A stretch of 32,685 bases of DNA from Octopus bimaculoides (taxonomy: Eukaryota), in NCBI RefSeq assembly GCF_001194135.2, contig NC_068991.1:79867908-79900592 (forward strand). Reading direction: 5' to 3'. Below, in pieces: positions 23,438 through 32,685 of this stretch; positions within the stretch are counted from its first letter, which is position 1, and every line of letters begins with the position of its first letter. The translations under genes and the position numbers were made by a program. Below the pieces are notes generated by a model. The model worked only from the letters and a program-made list of their open reading frames with translations. It did no database searches and was not told the origin of the DNA.

Positions 23438-23974
23438 GGAATATATTCACAGACACGACAAAGCTGGGACCTATATACACTGGAAGCTATGCCAACACTA
23501 TGGAATAACAACAGAAAAAAGATGGTATAAACACACGCCAGAAAAGGTCACAGAAAACGAGAAAGCAGCCATACTCTGGGATATGCCAATACATACAGAT
23601 AGAGAAATNNNNNNNNNNATCTAAAAACAGAAACAATTCCTATCATAGTAGGTGCCTTAGGTATAATAAAAAAATATTCAGACAAATACATAACAAAAAC
23701 ACCAGGACTTACAAATATATATAACATACAGAAAATTGTACTACTGGGTACTGCACACATTCTACGCAAAATACTTTCAATACAGTAAACATAAGAGCAC
23801 CACAGCAAACCACAGCACATACCCAAGGCGCACAGAGCTGCGCTCGGTAGTGAAGTGAAAGCACGTTATAAAAATAAAACTACTGAATAATAATAATAAT
23901 AATAACAATAATAATAATAATAATAATAATAACGATAATAATAATAATAATAACAATAATAATAGTAATAATAA
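23436..23974 (+). mobile_element. E3: young 5'-truncated R4/Dong-type element (family C) with 3'UTR and (AAT)n tail
   Basis: KEYIHRHDKAGTYIHWKLCQHYGITTEKRWYKHTPEKVTENEKAAILWDMPIHTDRE [10 N] LKTETIPIIVGALGIIKKYSDKYITKTPGLTNIYNIQKIVLLGTAHILRKILSIQ* (stop 23786-23788). No stops or frameshifts on either side of the gap; RHD motif present; tail 23886-23974. Confidence 0.95.
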
Positions 23975-24589
23975 GATATGACTATAAAATGTTGCTTTTA
24001 AGTTTCTAATCAACAAAGAGAAAGATAGAGGGATGGTGAGAGGAAGAGAGTTTCATTGACTTTATCAATTCAAGATATTCAAAATCCTCATTGGCAAAAT
24101 TCCCAATAAAATATATTTCATGATATAACAACAGAACGTATTTCTATTTGGCTTCGGTATTGATGGCAATTTAGCCACATCATTAATTTTACAAATGATT
24201 AATGATTTCTTATTATTTTTTGATAGATCTAACAAGATTTTATCTGACTTTATTGTTGGTTTTTACAAATGAATAATGAAATACATATTAAAGTAAAATA
24301 CATGTAATGTTTTCTCTACATCTGTCTACTGTGTGATATTTAATTGAATCATTAAATTAACTTCCGGCTTTCAGCAGACAAAAATAACATATATCTATCA
24401 ATAGATAATTTCTTTGTTTTGGTAAAAGTCCAGCAATAGAACCATCATTTTACCTCGCATTACTTGTTTTGTAACTGTCCTCTGTGTGATGGTATGTGTA
24501 CGTGACCATGACTGTGTAAATGTGTACGCTTAATTTATTTGGAATAGTTTGGTTGCACTTTTATGTCTGAGTAAAGATCGTGTGGCTGA

Positions 24590-24815
24590 ATCCAATGTAA
24601 AAGGCTCTACGTAGTTGCCCCAGTTGTAAAAACTAGCAGTAAGGCAGTCATAGTTTCTTCAAATTACACCTAACTTAGAAGGGGTTTGAAAGACACACAA
24701 AATAACGTAGTCCTTGATGACCCGAAAGATCAGGGCCATCTTGATACATTTCAACTTAGATCTATATGTTCAGAAATATCGTAGGGATCACAGACAACCA
24801 GGCTGTGCGGGTTTA
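24590..24815 (+). mobile_element. Possible degraded SINE 3' portion
   Basis: CAGTTGTAAA..TAGCAG..TCAAATTACACCTA..ATAACGTAGTCCTTGAT..CCAGGCTG resembles a recalled octopus SINE tail; weak. Confidence 0.3.
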
Positions 24816-26019
24816 GTTTCCATCTACCTATACGTTATTATTTTATATTTTCATTGTTATAAAACTATAAACCACATTTGAGAGCCATGTCATAGTTATG
24901 CAGTAAGAAGAATTCCTGGCTTTGATACATCACCATAAATACGAAAAGTAACGGATACAACCGATTGACCCTAGACCGTGTAGAAGTTATTTTCTCCGAA
25001 CCTTGTCAAATAAAAGGTAAACACTATCCACGCCATAAAGTCAGAAATTAAAGGGATAGAATTACAAACTGAAAGGTTATTTGGTTTGGTGCGCTGAAGT
25101 TTCTGCATTTTGTTCGCCTTCTTTTGTAGTAGCACATAATAAAATGTTGAATAGAATACAATAGATACCTTTCTTGACATTTGCAGAAGCATGGTACATT
25201 CATTGAAATTTGAGTTGATTGTGCTCAATAGTTAAATACAAAAGATGAAGTGGCATAATTAGAGAGAATAAGTAAACAAAATTATGTCTATTCTTCTTAC
25301 CTGATACTATATGTAAGTAGAATTCCATACAATCGAACTAACAAAGAAAAGCAGTGTGTATTCTAGAAATTTAATTTGTTTGAAATAGTTACAGATGAAT
25401 TAAAAAATAAATTTTGGAGACGATGTGTAACTTTTATACTGAAATTTAGTTAAGTATGAATACTTATTATTATAAATAGCCAACGAGTTTAACAGCCCTG
25501 TTCTGGTTTTCGTACAGTTTGGTTTGTTTCGAGTCGTATTATGTTTAAATAAAAAAAAACAGAGCTGGTCTTTGATTTAAGGTTCGTAATGTTTCCTTAG
25601 GTAGAGCTTCCGAAAGCATTTGATGCAGTTTGTGAGTTATGATTACACCGTAATGGTAGAATATATTCAATGAACAGAATTTAGTTTACAAATAATGCAG
25701 GGACACGAACTTTTGCTTAACGTATCAAGATTTGATCCTATTTTCCTAGATCAATATCTTACACTCTCCCAGATTGATTCTTAATCCCAACACATACTGA
25801 AGCTCCAAAGATTTATTGAGACAACTGGCTTCGAGGACTCGATTTAGAAGTCAGCAGTAAACAAGTGACGTCATGATTTGCTCTCTTCCTTGCTGATATA
25901 ACCTCTTCCAATATAATGGAAACCGTTTCTGTAAGAGAAAAAATCTATTGACAAAAACCTACCTCTACCCCATCAATACAATTGACCTTACTTCAAATCA
26001 TAATGTGGCCTGCCTAACT

Positions 26020-26090
26020 GTCTGCCTACCTACCTACCTACATAATACATACATACATACATACATACATGCATACACGCATACTACATA
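26020..26090. repeat. (TACC)n(TACA)n microsatellite
   Basis: Direct reading. Confidence 0.9.
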
Positions 26091-26394
26091 TAACGACCAC
26101 TTTGCCCTTAAATCGCAGCATAGCGTTTTAGAAATAGCACGCCCTTTATTACTGTGTTATAGAATACACTATAAATAAAGCTAAACAGCATCCTCAAGGC
26201 AGAAACACATTTGTTTCCAGGTATCTTCTTCAACACTGATTAGGTATTCAGCAACAACAATGAAAAAACACAAGTTCTATTTCTTGTTGAAACGGTAATC
26301 TATATCAGTAATACAGACTACTTATTTAAGGCAGTTTTTTTTCTTTGATCACCATAATTTTCTCTCAGTACTTCTGGTTTTGGGGGCTCAAAAT

Positions 26395-26780
26395 TTATCT
26401 TCTCATCCATCTAATATCAGTTGGTTGCTCTACCTCTCTTAAAACTCCTTTAACTACCAGTAGTCGTTAACCTGTCTCTCCAAACATTTATTTTAGTCCA
26501 TCTGTTCTCTGATGTCATGAATCTTGAAGCAGTACAACGATTCTACATTGTTCCTGCAATCTTCACACATCGATGTCATTAATGGAGAAGCAGAATAGTT
26601 TTTTCCTCTAAGCTATCCGTTCGAGTGAGTTTCATCACATGCTTGCATTCCTCGCTGCTACACTGGTTTTCAAATTCATTTGGCCTCTTTTCTTCAATTC
26701 CAACATTTAACCAGCAACCATCGTTTCCGTTACTCTTCAAAAGGGCTTGCAAAGATCATGTGTTCAATAATGAATTTAAA
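26395..26780 (-). mobile_element. Possible RTE-clade LINE C-terminal remnant
   Basis: Minus strand pieces LLNT*SLQALL, QRGMQ, SRFMTSENRWTKINVW, KRGR..RWM echo the RTE C-terminal pattern (LFNTCVLPAL, QRAMER, DNRWTK...W, RGRP..RW) across several frameshifts. Confidence 0.4.
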
Positions 26781-27719
26781 AAAAAACCCATTGAATTGTC
26801 CTTCAGCACGTACTTAAATGAATATCCGAGAACGGGGTTATCAAGTTTCAGATATTAGTGTAAAGATTAGTTTGAATAAAATATGTTAAAGTCACATTTA
26901 AACACTCTTTTCTTCTGAATAAATATTTAAATTTTATTCCAACTGATCAATATCGTTTATATTTGATTTGTGTAAACTGGACCTATTTAATTTATATTAG
27001 CAAATGTTTGATCAAGATATTCAAGTAAACTTTTAATTTCCTCCTCACTAAAATTTATATTCAGTCGAAACTGCTATTGAAGCATGGAGAAAAATTATTG
27101 ATTTCTTGATATTTATCTGTAGTTCAACATTATTTGCATTTAACGTATTTTCGCTATTTCCGGTAGTTTACTTTTTAATTATATATTCAACTTTATCTCA
27201 GAGCTGTAACATGTATTTTGATTCTCATTCACTTCTGATTTGTGATTAAGATCATTGAGAGATTAACGTGACTTTGTTGATTGAAGTCTAATTGCAAAAG
27301 TATGGAGATTCAGAATATAACTTGCCGTTTGAATACGAATTTTGCAAATTGCATTAAATAGACTTTTCGCACTTATATATGTATATATAACAATTTTTAA
27401 TTGATAAATTGAAATTAAATATTTTTCCCATACAATCTGAAATGTTAAAGCAGCAGAGAATTCTAAAGTTAAGTCTGTCAATTTCATATAATGAGTTTTC
27501 AGTAGTTTTAGTAATGGAATCGGTAAATGAAGTGCGTTATAGCAATTTATGAAGCAGGAAGACGTGAATAGGTTAGTTGTTAATGAAGTTCGCTAATGGG
27601 CTCTATTAATGAGCTACTCTAACAAAAGACATATTAAATATATTGGAAAACTTACTCATTTTCATAAACATCCATATATTTACTGCATGGATATCAATCA
27701 AGGAGGAATTAGAAGTTGA

Positions 27720-27753
27720 GATAATATTAATAATAATAATAATAATAATAATA
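27720..27753. repeat. (AAT)n microsatellite
   Basis: Direct reading; lies at the 5' flank of E4. Confidence 0.95.
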
Positions 27754-27956
27754 AAATCGTCCTGTGGCAATAAGTGCACTCAGCACATCACACAGACTGT
27801 TACCTAAAAGGCTGAAGTATGAAAGGATATTGAAATTGACACATGTATCTTATATTCTGCATTGATTTTAATAATGGTTCGTGCGATCTAGGAAGACTTG
27901 CCGTCATTAAACCTGCTGATGACACCTCTGACAAATAAATCATAACAGCTTTTGTC

Positions 27957-27957
<1 letters not shown>
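27754..27957 (+). mobile_element. E4: very short, degraded R4/Dong-type 3' end (family D)
   Basis: KIV-PVAISALST..ERILKLTHVSYIL* (stop 27863-27865) parallels the PIIVGALG..QKIVLLGTAHIL end of E3. About 90 nt of UTR follow, then a (CAC)(TAC)n(AAT)n tail. Confidence 0.55.
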
Positions 27958-28004
<47 letters not shown>

Positions 28005-28040
28005 TTAAATATGATAACAATAATAATAATAATAATGATA
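27958..28040. repeat. (CAC)n(TAC)n(AAT)n compound microsatellite
   Basis: Direct reading; tail of E4 and 5' flank of E5. Confidence 0.95.
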
Positions 28041-28044
28041 ACGG

Positions 28045-28470
28045 AAAAACCACGACAGAGTAGGACAGCATTTACATTGGAAAATATATAAATACAACAA
28101 AATCAGTATTTCTGCTGGTATGAACATCTTCCTGAGTCAGTCGTTGAAGGTAAAAATGTCACTATCCTTTGTTTTCCAGTCAATACCGAAGAACGTTCCA
28201 AGCTAATCGACCAGAAGATACTTGTAGACTAATAGATGCAAGTGTTCCTGCTGATAAAAAGATATCTATAAAGGAATTTCAGACATTAAGTAAATACAAA
28301 AGATGTGGAAGCCTCAAACAAGAACTGTTCTTGTTATTTAATATTTTTTTCCTTTTTCTCTGTCATTCTTCTCCCCTTTTTATCACATGACTTTGTAAAT
28401 GAACAATCTGGTGTGATTATTTTAATGGCCTACAAATTTATACAGTGCGTTTCTCTGCCCTAGTTGTCAT
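28045..28470 (+). mobile_element. E5: R4/Dong-type RLE fragment with internal deletions and a family-B-like 3'UTR
   Basis: HDRVGQHLHWKIYKY..WYEHLPESVVEGKNVTIL..FPVNT..RTFQANRPE-DTCRLIDASVPADKKISIKEFQTLSKYK; the UTR core 28382-28463 is 72/82 identical to E2 23252-23333. Confidence 0.9.
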
Positions 28471-28606
28471 AGACAATTTGATAGAGCACTGCTTCTATCA
28501 TTATACACAATCAAATGAAGTCAAACGAGACAAAGAAATAAACAAAAAGCTAATATCCACCTCTAATTTATTTCGAGGGGCGTGTATGTTTGTTTAATGC
28601 CGTGGG

Positions 28607-28609
28607 ATC

Positions 28610-28641
<32 letters not shown>
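28607..28641. repeat. (TA)n microsatellite
   Basis: Direct reading. Confidence 0.95.
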
Positions 28642-28653
28642 ATGAGCGTGTTC

Positions 28654-29115
28654 ATTATTATTATTATTATTATTATTGACATCGCACAAAATATATTGTG
28701 TCTACCGGGGGTGTGTACTGTTTGTCAAGTTACAACAAGGACCTCAGACAGACAGTACTTTACGCAATATGAGTGCAGTTCCAAGTAATGCCGACTTTTG
28801 CAATACATCTAGATTGTAAGATATTTCTAAAGTTTTCAGATGTTTTTTCCATATTAGGTGCTATTGAACCCAATGCTCTGATGAAAATAGGGATGCCCTT
28901 TATGTAAGACTCTCGTATCTGCCACATCTTAGCGATCTCAATTCTCAGGTCTCCATATTATCATCCTTTTCTCTTTCTTTCATGATGATATGTTGATCTC
29001 CTGCCACTGCCACGTCAATTATTAGGCACTCTTGTTTGTCTCTCCGAGAGGTTGCGATATCCGGCCTTCAGTGCTCCAACAATGTCTGCAAATCAAAGTC
29101 CCAGAGGATTTTCGC
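28654..29115 (-). mobile_element. E6: R4/Dong-type RLE fragment (family E) with 3'UTR and (AAT)n tail
   Basis: Minus strand AKILWDFDLQTLLEH*RPDIATSRRDKQECLIIDVAVAGDQHIIMKEREK../YGDLRIEIAKMWQIRESYIKGIPIFIRALGSI../KHLKTLEISYNLDVLQKSALLGTALILRKVLSV* (stop 28744-28746); tail 28654-28677. Confidence 0.93.
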
Positions 29116-29199
29116 AAGAGGCAGGAGTCTTAGAGCCATTTCAGTAATAGTATCACTTACTGGACGAACTATTCCACCTAGATTTTGTCTCAATCACTG

Positions 29200-29256
29200 G
29201 ACCTAAATCGGGTTTTTAATACTAGACCTAAATCGGGTTTTTAATACAAGACCTAA
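29200..29256. repeat. 25-bp tandem repeat, about 2.3 copies
   Basis: Unit GACCTAAATCGGGTTTTTAATAC(T/A)A at 29200 and 29225, then a partial GACCTAA at 29250. Confidence 0.9.
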
Positions 29257-30535
29257 GTTGTTGGTCTCACGGTGGAAGTGACCATGTAATTCTATACGGA
29301 GTTGGGTTTCGTGAAACAAAAACAATACATCTACTACGAGGGGATAGACACCACTGTTCAAGCAGTATGATCATTTTGTAGCCATGTTCATTACTAAATT
29401 CAATTTCTGACGGAGTTAAAGTCTAAATTAAGCTCCACGAGAGTGATGAATTATTTGTCAACTGTTTAATGCTTTAAAACTAGAAGTAAATTGTTCTACC
29501 AAAACCGAAAAGAGAAATCACAACATTCTTGAAACAAAAATTCTACGAAGATGAAATGTTCATGCACGTATGAAAGTTTTCTTCTTTAAGAGAATAAATT
29601 CCATCTCATCAAATAATTGTCAGAAATTCCAAGGATTTAGTATAAATCAAAATGAAAATTTTTATCTTCGAATATAACGGCTCTTCAGAAATTTTACGAG
29701 TCTTTTGAAGTAGTATCTTTTCTTCAATATGATTTAATATCTTTGGAGATATATTAAACTTCCTGAAATTTCATGAGTCGTGAAAAGGAAAAATAAATAA
29801 ATAAATATCTTTTATTTTTAATCTAATTACTTACGAATACAGTTTGAATCTTTTACATGCAATTCTATTTGGAGATGTTCACGAGAGGAAATGACGCCAT
29901 GTGAGGCAGAAATCCGTCAAAATAGTTTAAAATAAGAATTACAGATAATAAAATATAACATTTAAGAATGTAAAAACTTTAAAATTTCTTCGATTCCATA
30001 TATTACACCAATCTTAATGGAGAAACGAATTCTTTCTAATTCAAATTCATTTAAATCCCGTAAATTGGAAATACAAATTGCCTGAAGCTATAATCTAAAG
30101 GGGGGAATCTCTATTATTCTTGATTTTGTCTTCATTTCTTTTCTTCCTAACTATTCTGTAATTCATTTCCACGCCAGGGAATTCGAAATTTCCACGCATT
30201 TTTTGATACTTTTATTTGTTTCCACTTGGATATAATCTAATTAAATGAAGAAGAATTTTTTTTTCTCCTTCATCAGATAATTCAGAACAGCAGGATTCTA
30301 TTTTGATTTGTCTCCTCACCCTATTCCTCTAACATATATTCTCAACACTAACTCAATGCATTAGCTGAAAATAACTATTCTGTTTAACATTGCGATTACT
30401 CAGAAATACTGGGATACATCTCATCCCATAAAATACAGACTTTCTAAATTTATGAGCTTCACACAATATTTTTTTTTTTTTTACCGACTTAGACCAATGA
30501 CATTTTCCTCGAACTCACTTTGATGTTTATTTGTA

Positions 30536-30782
30536 GCTATGCCGAAATGGTTAAGAAGTTTGGATTCGATCCTATTTCGTGCTATCTTGAACAAATATAA
30601 TTTATCATGCTCTCGGATAGAAATGGGGGAGACGGAAACTGTTTGGTAGCGCACCAAACAAGATGGACCTCCGATGCAAATCTATCGCCTTTTCATTCTG
30701 GGATACGCAGCTTCACACATGTTAATTCACGATCAATGCAGTTGATCGATCAACTGTATTCTCATCGTCGAAACTGACGGAG
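30536..30782 (+). mobile_element. Degraded or composite SINE
   Basis: Head GCCGAAATGGTTAAGAAG (A-box-like), GGATTCGATCC (B-box-like), TCTTGAACAAAT, AGACGGAAACTG, then a 3' piece with the internal palindrome CAGTTGATCGATCAACTG and TCGTCGAAACTGACGGAG. Confidence 0.55.
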
Positions 30783-30994
30783 ATTCATTGAAGTCTGTGT
30801 GCTTGTATGTGTGTGTCTGTGTAGTAGTAGTAGTAGTAGTAGGCTTTCAAAGAATTATACAGATCTCAGCATTAAACTCTCCGCCAATAACATGTCTAAC
30901 AAGCATGACCTTGGTAGAGGTAAGAGTAGACCTTAGCATCATTCTGAAAATCGAAGACGTACAATGGCGGTGACAATATATATAAATAGAACAC

Positions 30995-31091
30995 ATAAGA
31001 GAAGTGAGGTGAGGGAGTAAATGTTTATTCCATTCGTTTTAGCTGTAAAAGAATGGAATAAACATCCAACCTCTCATCTTACAACTCTTAT
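30995..31091. other. Long imperfect inverted repeat / RNA hairpin
   Basis: Arms 30995-31035 and 31051-31091 pair in one register with no indels at 35/41 positions (32 Watson-Crick plus 3 G:U on +), including a perfect 15-bp stem ATGTTTATTCCATTC / GAATGGAATAAACAT. Confidence 0.9.
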
Positions 31092-31107
31092 ACACGCTCG
31101 CACCCCC

Positions 31108-31110
<3 letters not shown>

Positions 31111-31141
<31 letters not shown>
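31111..31141. repeat. (AC)n microsatellite
   Basis: Direct reading. Confidence 0.95.
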
Positions 31142-31143
<2 letters not shown>

Positions 31144-32624
31144 CGTTTATGCATAACAAAGGAGGTGAAATATATGGTGAGGTTCTAAGTGTTTTGCTTT
31201 TAGTACAGTTTTAAGATATGGAATATAAATGAAAATTATATTCAATATTTCCCGTTGTGAGAAAACCTCTGTAGATATGAAAACTGTAATCAGTTTCATG
31301 AAAAACAAAACTAAACCCAAATATATAAATTTAAGGCGACGAAGTTTTGGTCATATATTGGTCATTAGATTTTTAATACAAAATGCTTTTAATCTTTGAT
31401 GAAAGGTGCAGAGAAAGAATCACTCTCGTTTAATATACGATAATTATTGTTGAACCTACGTAACAGATGATAGTCGGATTACACCGAACATAAATTTGTA
31501 TGCAGCTTTTCTTCAAAGTCCTTTCTAACGCTGTATGACTTGAAAAATGACCAATTATATGTTATATTGTGAATAACTCTGTTGCTTGTGAAAAGTATCA
31601 GCTGCGTTTACTTCAGTATCGTTTATGTTAAACACCAGTCTTGTTTCTACTATAAAAACCATTTGTATTAAACTAAGGAAAAATCAAGCGATCTATAAAC
31701 GGATTGAGAGTGACGGTAAACTTTGCGACAATTTAAGGCGATTAATTGAATCATGACGTGATATAGAAGACTGTTAGAGAAAGCAGCTATCACAGTAATC
31801 TCGAAAATGGAATGACTTCTTGGATAATGTTATATTATTAAATACCATTATCTTCAGACTTCAGTTATGTTTTGTGTGATTTACAGATCCGCTCGAACCG
31901 ACTCACAATCGCAAAAGCATCTGAGTACATATTTGTATGTGAGATGCTACAGATTTATAAAGAGAGTTAGTAAAAGATTTCTGTAGGTTCAATTGATATA
32001 GAAGTGAATAATCTAACTTTTAGAATACTTTCCACTTGTCTCTCAGGGAAGAAAAAAAAATTAGCTACTGGTACCAAAATTTTCACTGCCAAATTGCCAA
32101 CAACAATCTGTTTCTCAGTCTCGGTACGCAAAACAATATGAAATATAAAATTCTTTATTCAACACGGGCAATTAAATTGACAAAATCTATCTTTACAAGA
32201 TTTACATCAGGTGTTCCTACCGCTATTGTTCATATTGTAATTAAAGATCCTCGAACCAATGACGCGAAGTGAATTATGAAAAACTTTAACCGTGTTTCTG
32301 TTAAAGGTTAAGTAGTACTTATATGAAACTAGAAAATTGATTTCTATACATTTCAGGAATAGTCTATCACCTTCATGCTGGATGAAGAATTATAAAAAGA
32401 AAGGTTTGCGTCGAGTTGGCCTATTTATGTTTGGTCCAATATAGGCAATATGTTTATGTATGGATGTGTTTCTGTGTAAAACATTTTCATAAAATATTTT
32501 GAAGACTGGCATCTTCAATAACGATTTCTATCTGTATGTTACATATGTGATCATCTTATTTGTAGTAATTATGAAATATGTACTTACCCAAAACACACAT
32601 AAATTGGCATTCAAATCTTTGTAG

Positions 32625-32625
<1 letters not shown>

Positions 32626-32685
<60 letters not shown>
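32626..32685. repeat. (CA)n(TA)n microsatellite
   Basis: Direct reading. Confidence 0.95.

Noticed and set aside
25866-25873. Perfect CRE palindrome TGACGTCA
   Set aside because: Roughly 0.3 copies are expected by chance in a window of this size and composition, and there is no promoter context.
30130-30335. Two strong acceptors (30177, 30276) each followed by a short hydrophobic peptide and stop, resembling GPI or TM terminal exons
   Set aside because: T-rich DNA yields both polypyrimidine tracts and hydrophobic codons automatically, and there is no upstream exon to connect them to.
30735-30760. 26-bp near-perfect palindrome AATGCAGTTGATC/GATCAACTGTATT
   Set aside because: It sits inside a SINE remnant and matches the internal hairpin I recall for that family, so it is not independent.
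30820-30975. Possible Dong-like 3' end with an (ACT)n tail (minus strand TAI..TSSIFRMML)
   Set aside because: One short frameshifted match only; not supportable without a library alignment.
31678-31840. ESDGKLCD..RKWNDFLD loosely like a retroviral integrase segment
   Set aside because: Too weak, several stops, and no other Gypsy domains nearby.
1-32685. CRISPR arrays, rRNA, tRNA genes, prokaryotic operons
   Set aside because: No repeat-spacer arrays or RNA-gene folds seen; the tRNA-like A/B boxes all belong to SINE heads, and the architecture is eukaryotic.

Overview
AT-rich, repeat-dense eukaryotic DNA with four assembly gaps (N at 8597-9207, 14250-14259, 15450-15459, 23609-23618). I could not confidently identify any host protein-coding gene, rRNA, tRNA or CRISPR array, and most ORF-track entries are microsatellite or N-gap artefacts. 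The SINEs, LINE families and abundant (TA)n/(CA)n/(AAT)n tracts match my recollection of octopus genomes, probably a short-read Octopus bimaculoides-type assembly; this is inference, not a database result. Supported content: about 14 copies or fragments of tRNA-derived SINEs (three inverted pairs); a maT/DD37D-like and a mariner/DD34D-like transposase fossil (both minus strand); a probable hAT-type MITE; a weak RTE-like LINE remnant; and six 5'-truncated R4/Dong-type non-LTR retrotransposon ends carrying restriction-like endonuclease (RLE) sequence, clustered at (AAT)n tracts in two stacks (22.5-24.0 kb and 27.7-29.1 kb). Best leads: a 97-nt gap-free miRNA-like hairpin (30995-31091), the multi-family (AAT)n-targeted retroelement stacks including an apparent ORF/3'UTR chimera, an inverted SINE pair sharing a variant not seen in the other copies, a diverged tandem duplication with exon-like signals (16.6-17.1 kb), and a phase-compatible chain of short candidate exons near the right end. 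All alignments and counts were done by eye.
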